Shown in pieces: positions 50,407-59,987 of a stretch of DNA of 64,000 bases (positions within the stretch are counted from its first letter, which is position 1; every line of letters begins with the position of its first letter). The stretch spans positions 72,032 through 136,031 of the forward strand of contig CAZFTR010000002.1 of NCBI GenBank assembly GCA_964522405.1, written 5' to 3'. This DNA is from an uncultured Gammaproteobacteria bacterium. GTDB taxonomy: Bacteria; Patescibacteriota; Patescibacteriia; Magasanikbacterales; UBA922. Position numbers and translations under genes: made by a program. Under the pieces are notes generated by a model, which saw only the letters and a list, made by a program, of their open reading frames with translations, did not search any database and was not told the DNA's origin.

Positions 50407-50471
50407 GGGTATTCGGATTTACGGATAAATCCTGATTATCCGGATATCTGCATATAATCTCTAAATCCGAA
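50407..50471. repeat. REP-like element family A copy 2 (shorter)
   Basis: gggtattcggatttacggataaatcctgattatccggata similar to 12273; ttcggattta/taaatccgaa arms. Confidence 0.65.
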
Positions 50472-50478
50472 GCAATTT

Positions 50479-51255
50479 ATGTTACCAATCTATACACTTA
50501 CTTTTGTTTTAGGGCTAATCCTGGGTAGTTTTTTGAATGCTTGTATTTGGCGTACAAAAAATCAAAAAAGAGTTACAAGAGGCAGATCACAGTGCATTCA
50601 TTGCGATATACAAATTAGAGCGATAGATAATATACCGGTACTTAGTTATGTTTTGTTGTGTGGTAAATGTAGAGAATGCAAAGGTAAGATCCCGATTTCT
50701 TATCTTTTGGTTGAGTTGTGGATGGGCTTGGCTTTTTTGTTTGTGCTTATCTATCACATCTTAAATCCCAGCGATACTATTTTACTGCATAGTTTGAGAG
50801 ATATGTATATTATTTGGCTGCTTAGCTATATATTTGTCTATGATTTACTGTATATGGAAGTGTTGGATAGTGTAACCCTTGCTGGCGCAGCTCTGATTTT
50901 TATAACCTCATTGATTTACGGTTGGAATACTTGGACAAATATGCTTTTTGCAGCGGTTATTGGCTCGGGTTTCTTTTTATTTCAGTTTGTAGTTTCAAAA
51001 GGAAAATGGATCGGAGGCGGAGATATAAGAATTGGTCTCTTGATGGGTATTATTCTGGGCTGGCCTAAAATTATTTTAGGATTATTTTTAGCATATATAA
51101 TTGGGGCGGTTATCAGTGTTTTGTTGATTTTATTAAGAAAAAGACATTTGGCAGATAAAACTGCTTTTGGAACTTATCTGACACTGGCTACTTTTATTGC
51201 AATGTTTTGGGGTACAAGTATAATAGAGTGGTATTTAGGATTAGTTGGTTTTTAA
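50479..51255 (+). CDS. pilD: Prepilin peptidase
   Basis: GSFLN, RSQCIHC, CRECK, GGGDIR, AFGTYL. Confidence 0.93.
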   Translation: MLPIYTLTFVLGLILGSFLNACIWRTKNQKRVTRGRSQCIHCDIQIRAIDNIPVLSYVLLCGKCRECKGKIPISYLLVELWMGLAFLFVLIYHILNPSDTILLHSLRDMYIIWLLSYIFVYDLLYMEVLDSVTLAGAALIFITSLIYGWNTWTNMLFAAVIGSGFFLFQFVVSKGKWIGGGDIRIGLLMGIILGWPKIILGLFLAYIIGAVISVLLILLRKRHLADKTAFGTYLTLATFIAMFWGTSIIEWYLGLVGF

Positions 51256-51259
51256 TTTT

Positions 51260-53281
51260 ATGTCGGATCAGGAATTAAAAAAACAAGTTAAGCGACTAAG
51301 AGAGCAGATAAGTGATTTGAGATATAAATATCATGTTCTTAATGATCCTGCAGTTACTGATAAAATGTATGAAGGCTTAATGGATGAACTGAGAAAAATT
51401 GAAGAAAAATATCCTGAGCTGATTACATCTGACTCTCCGACACAGCGGGTATCAGGAACCCCGCTCGATAAATTTCAAAAAGTGCAACATACTGTTCCTC
51501 AATGGTCTTTTAATGATGCTTTTACCAAGGAAGACTTGGAAAATTGGCAAGAAAGAATCTATAAGTTTTTAGAGAAAAAATTAGGTAGTCGTCCAAGTGA
51601 TCTCAATTTTAGCACTGAACTTAAAATTGATGGTTTACATATTGTTTTGACCTATAAAAATGGATTATTGCAAACTGCTGCAACTCGAGGTGATGGAAAA
51701 ACAGGGGAAGATGTAACTCAGAATATCAGAACCATTCATTCGGTTCCTATCAAATTAAGAGAGCAGATTGATCTTATTGCCGAGGGAGAAGTATGGATGG
51801 GAACTAAAATGTTTAATAAGATAAACCAAGAAAGAGAAAAAAAAGGAGAAGCTCTTTATGCTAATCCTAGAAATATTGCCGCAGGGACTATCAGGCAACT
51901 TGATTCGCGAGTTGTGGCAAAACGCAAGCTTTCACTGACTGCTTATGATATTTCTGACGGAGAAATTCCAGAGACCCAGGAAGAAGAGTTAAAAAAATTA
52001 AAAAAACTAGGTTTCCCTACAGGAAATGATTGGAAAGTTTGTAAAAATCTCAATCAAGTTATTGATTTTTGGAAAAAATGGGAGAAAAAGAAAACTTCAA
52101 AGGAATTTTGGATTGATGGCGTAGTAGTTAAAGTTAATCAAAAAAAATATCAGGATTTGCTAGGGTTTACAGGAAAAGCTCCAAGATGGGCACTGGCTCT
52201 TAAATTTACTGCAGAGCAGGGAACTACCAAAATAAAAGATATATATGTTCAGGTTGGAAGAACAGGAGCCCTTACGCCTGTTGCGCTTTTGGAGCCGGTA
52301 CAATTAGCCGGCAGTACAGTAACTCATGCAACTTTACATAATTTTGAAGAAATAGAGCGTTTGGGTGTAAGAGTGGGTGATACTGTGGTGGTAGAGAAAG
52401 CAGGAGATATAATTCCCAAGATTGTCAGGGTTTTGGAAAAAATGCGTACTGGAAAAGAGAAAAAATTCAAAACCATAGAAAAATGTCCAATTTGCGGTGC
52501 ACAAGCTGAAAAAAGAAAGATTAGTGATAAGAAAAAAGAAACTTCTGCTGCGCTTTTTTGTACAAATTCAAAATGTTATGCTCAAGAACTTAGAAGAATT
52601 AATCATTTTGTTTCAAAACATGCTTTTAATATTGATGGTTTAGGAAAGAAAATAGTTGAACAATTGGTAAATGAAGGATTGATAAAAAATACTGCAGATA
52701 TTCTCACTTTGACACAGGGTGATCTTGAGCCGTTGGAGAGGTTTGCAGAAAAATCAGCTGAAAATTTAATTAAAGCGATCGGAGACTCAAAAGAAATTTC
52801 ATTTTCCAGATTTATTTATGCTCTTGGAATTCATCATGTTGGAGAAGAAACAGCAATTGCTCTTGCAGAATATTTTGGAAGTCTAGAAAGATTAAGAAAA
52901 GCCTCAAGAGAAGATTTAGAGCAGATTCAGGATGTTGGACCAAATGTTTCTGAGTCAATTATTAATTATTTTATTAATAGAGAAAGTGTGGAATTAGTTG
53001 AGGATCTTTTGAAAAATGGGGTTAAGATCAAAAAACAAGAAATTAAAAAACAAGATAGGAAATTTACTGGAAAAACTTTTGTTTTAACCGGGACTCTAGA
53101 AAAAATGACTAGAGACGAGGCAAAAAATTTAATTAGAGAAATGGGTGGATCTGTTTCAGGATCAGTTAGTAAAAATACTGATTTTGTGGTTGTGGGCAGT
53201 GATCCGGGAAGTAAATATGAAAAAGCAAAGAAACTAGATGTGGAAATACTTTCTGAACAGGAATTTATAAAGAAATTATAA
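51260..53281 (+). CDS. ligA: NAD-dependent DNA ligase
   Basis: ELKIDG, ATRGDG, NPRN, VGRTG, Zn finger, BRCT. Confidence 0.97.
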   Translation: MSDQELKKQVKRLREQISDLRYKYHVLNDPAVTDKMYEGLMDELRKIEEKYPELITSDSPTQRVSGTPLDKFQKVQHTVPQWSFNDAFTKEDLENWQERIYKFLEKKLGSRPSDLNFSTELKIDGLHIVLTYKNGLLQTAATRGDGKTGEDVTQNIRTIHSVPIKLREQIDLIAEGEVWMGTKMFNKINQEREKKGEALYANPRNIAAGTIRQLDSRVVAKRKLSLTAYDISDGEIPETQEEELKKLKKLGFPTGNDWKVCKNLNQVIDFWKKWEKKKTSKEFWIDGVVVKVNQKKYQDLLGFTGKAPRWALALKFTAEQGTTKIKDIYVQVGRTGALTPVALLEPVQLAGSTVTHATLHNFEEIERLGVRVGDTVVVEKAGDIIPKIVRVLEKMRTGKEKKFKTIEKCPICGAQAEKRKISDKKKETSAALFCTNSKCYAQELRRINHFVSKHAFNIDGLGKKIVEQLVNEGLIKNTADILTLTQGDLEPLERFAEKSAENLIKAIGDSKEISFSRFIYALGIHHVGEETAIALAEYFGSLERLRKASREDLEQIQDVGPNVSESIINYFINRESVELVEDLLKNGVKIKKQEIKKQDRKFTGKTFVLTGTLEKMTRDEAKNLIREMGGSVSGSVSKNTDFVVVGSDPGSKYEKAKKLDVEILSEQEFIKKL

Positions 53282-53399
53282 AAAGCCCTTTAAGAGGCTT
53301 CTGGGAATGTGCCTTACTCGCAGTATAATTCCCCCGAGCGAATTGGGAGTATCACCTTCCTGGTGATGGCAGAGAAAGGGATTTACTGCGAGTAAGGCC
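53281..53399 (-). ncRNA. Candidate ~115-nt small RNA
   Basis: Perfect 15-bp helix 53311-53325/53384-53398; TTGACA-17-TAATTT promoter on minus strand; terminator with minus-strand U tract at 53281. Confidence 0.5.
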
Positions 53400-53464
53400 T
53401 GATTAAATTATCAGGTTGTTGCTTATTTGTCAAAAATTGGCTTTTCTAGTAAACTTAAGACAAT

Positions 53465-53758
53465 ATGGCTCTATCTATTGAACAAATTGAGCAGATTTCA
53501 GTTCTGGCTAGACTTAGCTTAACTGAAGAAGAAAAAAAACAATATGCGGAACAACTTTCCGTTGTTTTAGATTATATTGAAGTTTTGAATGAAGTGGATA
53601 CAGAAGGTGTTCCTGAGACTTCTCAAGTTACAGGTCTAGAAGATATTGTACGCGAAGATCAAGTAATTGATATTCCAGAAGATATAAAACAGAAATTAAT
53701 TGAAAGTTTTCCAGGCCAGAAAGGAAATTTACTAAAAGTAAAAGCGGTTTTTGAGTAG
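53465..53758 (+). CDS. gatC: Asp/Glu-tRNA amidotransferase subunit C
   Basis: LARL...L.EVDT.GV..T...REDQ; upstream of gatA. Confidence 0.92.
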   Translation: MALSIEQIEQISVLARLSLTEEEKKQYAEQLSVVLDYIEVLNEVDTEGVPETSQVTGLEDIVREDQVIDIPEDIKQKLIESFPGQKGNLLKVKAVFE

Positions 53759-53761
53759 ATT

Positions 53762-55189
53762 ATGAATTTGAATCAACTTACAATTAGTCAAGCAGTGAAA
53801 GGTCTTTTAAAAAAAGATTTTTCTTCTGTTGAAATTACCCAGGCTTGTTTGGATAGAATTAGTGAAAGAAACGGAGAGGTAAATGCCTTTATTACAATTA
53901 CAGAAGAGCTAGCTCTCGAAGAAGCCAAAAAAGCAGATCAAAGTATTTCAAGTGGAAAGGCAGAAAAATTAACTGGGATTCCTTTTTGTGTAAAAGACGC
54001 AATTTGTACTGAGGGCATTCGTTCGACCGGTGGTGCAAAAGTTTTGGATAATTACCAACCACCCTATCAGTCAACAGTTATTTCAAAAATAAGAGAGCAG
54101 GGTGCAGTTTTGCTTGGAAAAAATAATTGTGATGCTTTTGGGCATGGCGCCAGTAATGAAAATTCAATGTATGGTCCGGTAAAAAATCCACATGATCTTA
54201 CCAAGGTGGCTGGTGGATCAAGTGGTGGTTCTGCTGCTGCGGTTGCAGACGGTATGGCTCTGTTTTCTATTGGAGAAGATACTGGAGGTTCTATTCGTCA
54301 ACCTGCATCTCTGTGTGGTGTTTATGGATTAAGGCCCAGTTATGGTAGAAATTCCAGATATGGAATTATGCCTATGGCCAGCTCACTAGATACTGTTGGA
54401 CCAATGGCCAGATCTGTTGAAGATATTGCTCTTTTGGCGGAAATTATGGCAGGGCAAGATCTCAATGACGCTACTACTATTCCGGATCATGTACCAAACT
54501 ATACTGAGGAAATTAAAAAATTACCAAAAGGAATGAAAATCGGTATTCCAGAGGAATATTTTAATATAGAAGGAATGGATAGTGAAACCAGAGAAATTGT
54601 TGAGAAGAAAATTCAATCTCTAAAAGATTTGGGCTGTGAGTTGAAACAAGTTTCACTTCCATACACCAAATACGCTATTCCGGTTTATTATATTGTGGTT
54701 CCTAGTGAAGATAGTTCCAACTTAGCCAGACTTGATGGGATCAGGTACGGGGTTCGTGAACAGGCTGCTGACCTATATACAACTTATGCTGACTCTAGAT
54801 CTGCTGGCTTTCCTGAGGAAGTAAAAAGAAGAATTATGATTGGGACTTATGCGCTTTCTGCCGGCTATTATGATGCCTATTATCGCAAAGCTCAAAAAGT
54901 TCGAACTTTGATTGTTCGAGATTTTGAAAGAATCTTTCAGGAAGTTGATTTGTTGGTCACACCAACATCACCATATCCAGCTTTTGATCTTGGTGCAAAA
55001 AAAGACGATGTGTTGGCAATGTATCTAGCAGATGTCTTTACCACTCCTGCTTCAGTGGCTGGAATTCCAGGTTTAAGTGTTCCGGTTGGAGATACTAAGG
55101 CGGGTTTACCAGTTGGTCTGCAAATTATTGGGCCAAGACTTGCTGAATCAAAAGTTTTTCAGCTTGGATTTGGAATTGAAAATATTTAG
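53762..55189 (+). CDS. gatA: Asp/Glu-tRNA amidotransferase subunit A
   Basis: VKD, GGSSGGSAAAV, DTGGSIRQPA, EVKRRIMIG, YYDAYY. Confidence 0.96.
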   Translation: MNLNQLTISQAVKGLLKKDFSSVEITQACLDRISERNGEVNAFITITEELALEEAKKADQSISSGKAEKLTGIPFCVKDAICTEGIRSTGGAKVLDNYQPPYQSTVISKIREQGAVLLGKNNCDAFGHGASNENSMYGPVKNPHDLTKVAGGSSGGSAAAVADGMALFSIGEDTGGSIRQPASLCGVYGLRPSYGRNSRYGIMPMASSLDTVGPMARSVEDIALLAEIMAGQDLNDATTIPDHVPNYTEEIKKLPKGMKIGIPEEYFNIEGMDSETREIVEKKIQSLKDLGCELKQVSLPYTKYAIPVYYIVVPSEDSSNLARLDGIRYGVREQAADLYTTYADSRSAGFPEEVKRRIMIGTYALSAGYYDAYYRKAQKVRTLIVRDFERIFQEVDLLVTPTSPYPAFDLGAKKDDVLAMYLADVFTTPASVAGIPGLSVPVGDTKAGLPVGLQIIGPRLAESKVFQLGFGIENI

Positions 55190-55190
55190 T

Positions 55191-55616
55191 ATGGACAGGA
55201 AAAAAGTAGATGGAAGTTCAATTGCGCATTCTGGTTTGCTTGGTTTACGTCATCAGGATGAATTGAAAAAAGTACATAGAGCAGAAAGAATTGATAGGCT
55301 TGAGCAGCGAAGTTTAACTAATGCTCAAGAAATAGAAAATCTCCAAGGTGCTATAGTTGAATTTGAAGATGGTTTATTACCGGAAATTAATAAATTAATT
55401 GCAGAAGTTCCAACACTTCAGGGAGACCAAGCACAAAGAGAGCAAACAGAGCAGGATTTAGCAGGTTTGGTTGAGGAAAGAGATGGAGTTTTGGATTATC
55501 TAAGAAATGCAAGAATTAGAATTACGGTATTACAGGCTGAGATTGATACTAATAATAAATTGATAGCGAGAATAAAAGAAAAGAATTTGGAAGACCAAAA
55601 AGTAGATCAAAATTAA
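55191..55616 (+). CDS. Hypothetical coiled-coil protein
   Basis: ATG right after the gatA stop; heptad-rich. Confidence 0.65.
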   Translation: MDRKKVDGSSIAHSGLLGLRHQDELKKVHRAERIDRLEQRSLTNAQEIENLQGAIVEFEDGLLPEINKLIAEVPTLQGDQAQREQTEQDLAGLVEERDGVLDYLRNARIRITVLQAEIDTNNKLIARIKEKNLEDQKVDQN

Positions 55617-55631
55617 TTTTAAAAAATTTCT

Positions 55632-56990
55632 ATGAGGGAAGAAACAATAAAAAAAATCGAAGAACAAGCTGAAATGGATACAACCTACAAGATGAATGAA
55701 TCAGGCGATTATAGAGAGGCCTGGAGAATTTTTCGTATTATGTCTGAGTTTGTAGAAGGTTATCAGTTTTTGAGTTCATTTCAAAGAGAAGTTACAATTC
55801 TTGGTTCAGCCAGAACAGAAAAAGATGATAGATATTACAAAGATGCTCGAGCTTTTGGAAAATTACTGGCAGAAAACAAATTCACTACGATCACAGGTGG
55901 TGGTCCGGGAATTATGGAAGCTGCAAATCAGGGTGCTGATGAGGGTGGGGGAGAATCAGTAGGTTTAAATATTCAACTTCCATTTGAACAGCGAGTAAAT
56001 CCATATGTTCATAAATCAACTGCTTTTTATTACTTCTTTACCAGAAAAGTAATGCTGACTGCACCTGCACATGCTTTTGTGTTTTTTCCAGGAGGTTTTG
56101 GAACTATGGATGAGTTTTTTGAGGTCGTTGATCATATACATCTGGGGAAAATGTGTGAAGTTCCAATAGTCCTCTACGGAAGTGATTATTGGACTCCAAT
56201 TTTGAATTTCTTAAAAGAGGGTGGTTGTAAAATGGTTGGTTCTCTTCGTGAAGAAAATATGAAAAATTGGCAAGTTGTAGATACACCTGAAGAAGCACTA
56301 CAAGCAATTGAACATGATGATAAGCAGCATAATGATTGCGAGCTTGGTGCGATCAATTTTCATAGTAAGCAAAAAGTCGATTGGAGAGTTTTTCGAATAA
56401 TGGCAGAGTTGGTTGATGGCTTTGAATTTTTAACCGGTCTAGTTGATGATGTTACTATTCTTGGTACTAGAAGTGTTGAAGTTGGTAGTGATTATTATAA
56501 TTCATCATTGGAATTGGGCAGGAAGCTAGCTGAAGATGGATATGCAATTGTAACCGGTGGAGCTTCTGGAATTGCTGAGGCAGCAAACAGGGGTGCATTT
56601 GAAGTGGGTGGAGAGTCAATTGGTATTGGTATGGAAGTTAGAGGTAAGCAAATGATGAACCAATATATAAATAAATCAATCATGTTTAAATTTCCATTTA
56701 CTCGTAAATTGATCGTAACTTCACCATCAAAGTCTTTTGTATTTTTTCCAGGAGGTTTTGGAACAATGCATCAGTTGTTTGAAGTTTTGACTTTGATTCA
56801 GACCAAAAAAATGCCTAAACTACCTATTATTTTGTTTGATAGTAATTTCTGGGGTCCTCTTGAAAAAATATTAAAGGAAAAATTTATTGATGAATTTAAA
56901 ACTATAAGTCCTACAGATGAAGAATTGTATACTGTGGTAGATGATGTTGATGAGATAGTTAGTATTGTTAATGGATTTAGGAAGAAATAG
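55632..56990 (+). CDS. Tandem two-domain LOG / TIGR00730 family protein
   Basis: Two copies of WRxFRIMxE.V.G, TGG..GI.EAAN, PGGFGT. Confidence 0.88.
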   Translation: MREETIKKIEEQAEMDTTYKMNESGDYREAWRIFRIMSEFVEGYQFLSSFQREVTILGSARTEKDDRYYKDARAFGKLLAENKFTTITGGGPGIMEAANQGADEGGGESVGLNIQLPFEQRVNPYVHKSTAFYYFFTRKVMLTAPAHAFVFFPGGFGTMDEFFEVVDHIHLGKMCEVPIVLYGSDYWTPILNFLKEGGCKMVGSLREENMKNWQVVDTPEEALQAIEHDDKQHNDCELGAINFHSKQKVDWRVFRIMAELVDGFEFLTGLVDDVTILGTRSVEVGSDYYNSSLELGRKLAEDGYAIVTGGASGIAEAANRGAFEVGGESIGIGMEVRGKQMMNQYINKSIMFKFPFTRKLIVTSPSKSFVFFPGGFGTMHQLFEVLTLIQTKKMPKLPIILFDSNFWGPLEKILKEKFIDEFKTISPTDEELYTVVDDVDEIVSIVNGFRKK

Positions 56991-57050
56991 ATTATAGTTT
57001 ACAGATGACAGTTAATAGTTAATGAATGTTGTTACATTTTGTTAACTAAT

Positions 57051-57104
57051 AACTGTAAACTACCAACTGTAAACTACCAACTGTAAACTACCAACTGTAA
57101 ACTA
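57051..57104 (+). repeat. 14-bp tandem repeat (aactgtaaactacc) x~4
   Basis: Directly visible; inverted tagtttacag at ~56995. Confidence 0.9.
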
Positions 57105-57106
57105 AT

Positions 57107-57874
57107 ATGATCCCATGGTTTCAATATAATGTTGTTTATTTAGGTCCTCTGCCCCTTCAGGTTTGGGGATTTTTTGTTGCTTGTGGAATAGCTTTGTCAT
57201 TGATTTTATTATATAGATTTGGAAAGAAAAAAGGATTTGACCCGAGTCAATTATTGGATCATGCAGTTTGGATTATTATCGTCGGATTGATTTTTTCCAG
57301 AATTTTTCATATTGTTTTTTATGAGCCTGCGTTTTATATTTCCAATCCGCTAGAAATAATTAAAATATGGCATGGTGGTTTATCATCTTATGGTGGTTTT
57401 GTGGGTGCTATTATTGGATTTTTTCTATTTGCCAAAAAGCGAAAAATTGATAGGAAAAAGTTTTTAAAAATCTCAGACTTAGTTGGTTGGACAGCCATTT
57501 TTGGTTGGATTATCGCTAGGGTTGGTTGTTTTATGATACATGATCATATGGGGAAACCTTGTGATTGTTTTTTAGCTATAAATACACCTGATGGACCTCG
57601 GCTGGAAATGGCTTTTCTTGAAATTTTGGCGCTTTTGCCTTTGGCAATTTTATTTATATTTCTTAGAAACAAAAAAATGCCTGAGGGATGGTTTATTTCA
57701 GTTTTAGCCATATATTACGGTATTACCAGATTTGTGTTAGATTTTTTCCGAGCAACAGATATTGCTCAGGCTGATGCGCGTTATTTTGGATTGACACCAG
57801 CTCAATATTTTAGTATGGTTGCCTTTGGTTTTGGGGTGTATATGTATTCCAAAATCAAAAAAAGAAAAAAGTAG
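57107..57874 (+). CDS. lgt: Prolipoprotein diacylglyceryl transferase
   Basis: IWHGGLSSYGG, ARVGCF, RFVLDFFR, LTPAQ. Confidence 0.88.
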   Translation: MIPWFQYNVVYLGPLPLQVWGFFVACGIALSLILLYRFGKKKGFDPSQLLDHAVWIIIVGLIFSRIFHIVFYEPAFYISNPLEIIKIWHGGLSSYGGFVGAIIGFFLFAKKRKIDRKKFLKISDLVGWTAIFGWIIARVGCFMIHDHMGKPCDCFLAINTPDGPRLEMAFLEILALLPLAILFIFLRNKKMPEGWFISVLAIYYGITRFVLDFFRATDIAQADARYFGLTPAQYFSMVAFGFGVYMYSKIKKRKK

Positions 57875-57892
57875 GTTTAGAAAATCCAATAG

Positions 57893-57980
57893 GGAAGGTT
57901 CGCATAGAGGTCTAGTGCGCTGCCTTGGAAAGGCAGTATATCGCAAGGTATCGAGGGTTCGAATCCCTCACCTTCCGCCA
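57893..57980 (+). tRNA. tRNA-Ser(GGA)
   Basis: ggaaggt/accttcc-G-CCA, ctgcc-ttggaaa-ggcag, long variable arm. Confidence 0.95.
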
Positions 57981-58023
57981 GTCTTCGTCCTACAGGCTAG
58001 GTCAGGTAAGTAGTAAAAATATT

Positions 58024-58332
58024 ATGTTAGATCTAAAAAAACTTCAAAAAGAAACACTTGAGCTCAAGAAGAGACAAGGTTTTAATACTAGTAATATTGA
58101 AATGGAGTTTTGTCTTATTCATGAAGAAGTTTCAGAAGCTTTTCGAGCTTATTATAGTAAGCTCCCGGATTTGGGAGAGGAGATAGCTGATATTGCCATT
58201 TATCTGGCCGGACTTTCTGAAATACTTGGTATTGATTTAGAAACTGAAATTATTGCTAAAATGGCCAAGAATCAAAAGAGAGAATACCAGAAAATAGATG
58301 GAGTATTGAAAAGAACCAAAGAAGCAGAATAA
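58024..58332 (+). CDS. MazG-like nucleotide pyrophosphohydrolase
   Basis: EEVSEA...GEEIADIAIYL...KMAKN..REY. Confidence 0.85.
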   Translation: MLDLKKLQKETLELKKRQGFNTSNIEMEFCLIHEEVSEAFRAYYSKLPDLGEEIADIAIYLAGLSEILGIDLETEIIAKMAKNQKREYQKIDGVLKRTKEAE

Positions 58333-58415
58333 AATCCCCGTGATAGGGGATTTTTTATATGCCTTCTTTGCAATTTCAAATAAAAAAGCTATAATAGAGA
58401 TAATTAATCTAATTT

Positions 58416-59297
58416 ATGAAAAAGAAATTTATAACATTATTCGGGGTTATTTTTTTAGTAGCCTTATCGGCTTTTTTTGTTCTTAAAGAAAATCAGTATA
58501 TGGAATTAGATATTTCTAAGGAAATTACCCATGAAGCAGAAATGGATTTGCGAATAGACAGTATTCGTTTGGTCATGGCATCAAATGCTGACGGCTTCAA
58601 TGATCTTTATTTTGACTTGTATTTAGATCGTCCGGATTTGAATTTGGTTCAGCCGGAAAACGCTGGGAATATGTTAACTGTTGATCTTGAGCCTGGGTTG
58701 CAGCCAAAATATATGTATGTTAGTGAAGTTGAAGATTTGGCAAAAGACACTGGAAATATCTGTGATCGACCTAGATTTCCTCATGAGTGTAGATATGCAT
58801 TTACAGAAGGAAAAAGATTGGATGGGCCACAGGATTTGCTTGTAAAAGTTTTATTTGAGGATGGTGGATATGCCCAAAAACAGGTTTCAGTGTCTGTTCC
58901 AGAGGTGATTGAGTCTGCTGTTATTACTGAGCCAGAGAAAACACCTGCGCAAGGGGGTAAATTTACCATGAAATTCAGAGATGTTGGCGCAGATAAATAT
59001 GAGGTGGGTGTTTATATGTGCAATGAATATCAAAATGATGGTATAAATCCTTGTTTGGATAATTATGAATTTAGTTTAGTCAAGAAAAAAGACAATTTTG
59101 TTTTAGAAGATGATTATTGGTCTGATTTGAATTTACAAATAAACAAAGAAGGGGGTAGTATTGTTATAAATTCTAATATTGAGTTATTTTTTGAAGAATC
59201 TATGCAGTATACTGTCAAAGCAATTGTAAATTCAGTCTCAGAAAATAAAATCCCAATGAGTGCTGAATCTTTCTATTCAAAAGTTTTGAAAAAATAA
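58416..59297 (+). CDS. Hypothetical exported protein
   Basis: N-terminal signal/TM, two Cys pairs. Confidence 0.7.
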   Translation: MKKKFITLFGVIFLVALSAFFVLKENQYMELDISKEITHEAEMDLRIDSIRLVMASNADGFNDLYFDLYLDRPDLNLVQPENAGNMLTVDLEPGLQPKYMYVSEVEDLAKDTGNICDRPRFPHECRYAFTEGKRLDGPQDLLVKVLFEDGGYAQKQVSVSVPEVIESAVITEPEKTPAQGGKFTMKFRDVGADKYEVGVYMCNEYQNDGINPCLDNYEFSLVKKKDNFVLEDDYWSDLNLQINKEGGSIVINSNIELFFEESMQYTVKAIVNSVSENKIPMSAESFYSKVLKK

Positions 59298-59300
59298 TTT

Positions 59301-59987
59301 ATGGATAGTGTTGAGGTAAGAAAATTTATAGAAAATTCTTTAAAAAATCATCTCTCAGAAGAAGATATTTATGCTGATTTGATTAAAAAAGGTTTAAAGA
59401 TAAAAGAAATAAAAGATCTTTTGGAAAACGCTAGGACAGAAAAAAATCAAGATCAAACAGAAAAAAGAACTATAAAAGTAGTTCTAACTATAGGGGCTGT
59501 TCTTGTTGGTGCTGGGGTTTTTTCTCTAATTGCTTCAAATTGGGAGGATATGGCAAAAGCTTGGAAAGTTTTTGTTATAGTTTTTTCTATGTTACTTTCA
59601 TATTTTGCAGCATGGTATTTTTCCCAGAAAAAGGGCTACGAGAAAACTGGTTCAGCTTTGTATCTTCTGGGAATTTTGATTTATGGCGCTGGAATTTTCC
59701 TAATTGCTCAGATTTTTAATATTAGTGCTAATTGGCCGGATGGTTTTATTCTTTGGATGTTTGGAAGTTTGACTCTTTATTTTGCTGTGAAGAATAAAAT
59801 CTTCCTCTATTTGTCATTTGTACTTGGCCTTTTTTCTATTTTTGGACATCCGGCAGCTGTTTTTGATGTTTTTCATGTTCATGATCGGTTTTTGTTAACT
59901 TCTTCTGTATTTTTGCTACTTGCTGCTGTGGTTTGTTTTGTAGTGGCGAGTATTGTTGAAAAAAAGAATTTTAAAATTGATACTTAG
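59301..59987 (+). CDS. DUF2157 domain membrane protein
   Basis: GAVLVGAGVFSLIASNW...K, GAGIFLIAQIFNI. Confidence 0.85.
   Translation: MDSVEVRKFIENSLKNHLSEEDIYADLIKKGLKIKEIKDLLENARTEKNQDQTEKRTIKVVLTIGAVLVGAGVFSLIASNWEDMAKAWKVFVIVFSMLLSYFAAWYFSQKKGYEKTGSALYLLGILIYGAGIFLIAQIFNISANWPDGFILWMFGSLTLYFAVKNKIFLYLSFVLGLFSIFGHPAAVFDVFHVHDRFLLTSSVFLLLAAVVCFVVASIVEKKNFKIDT

Noticed and set aside
57925-58023. N-terminal extension of the MazG-like ORF and the 57819/57737 ORFs
   Set aside because: They overlap tRNA-Ser
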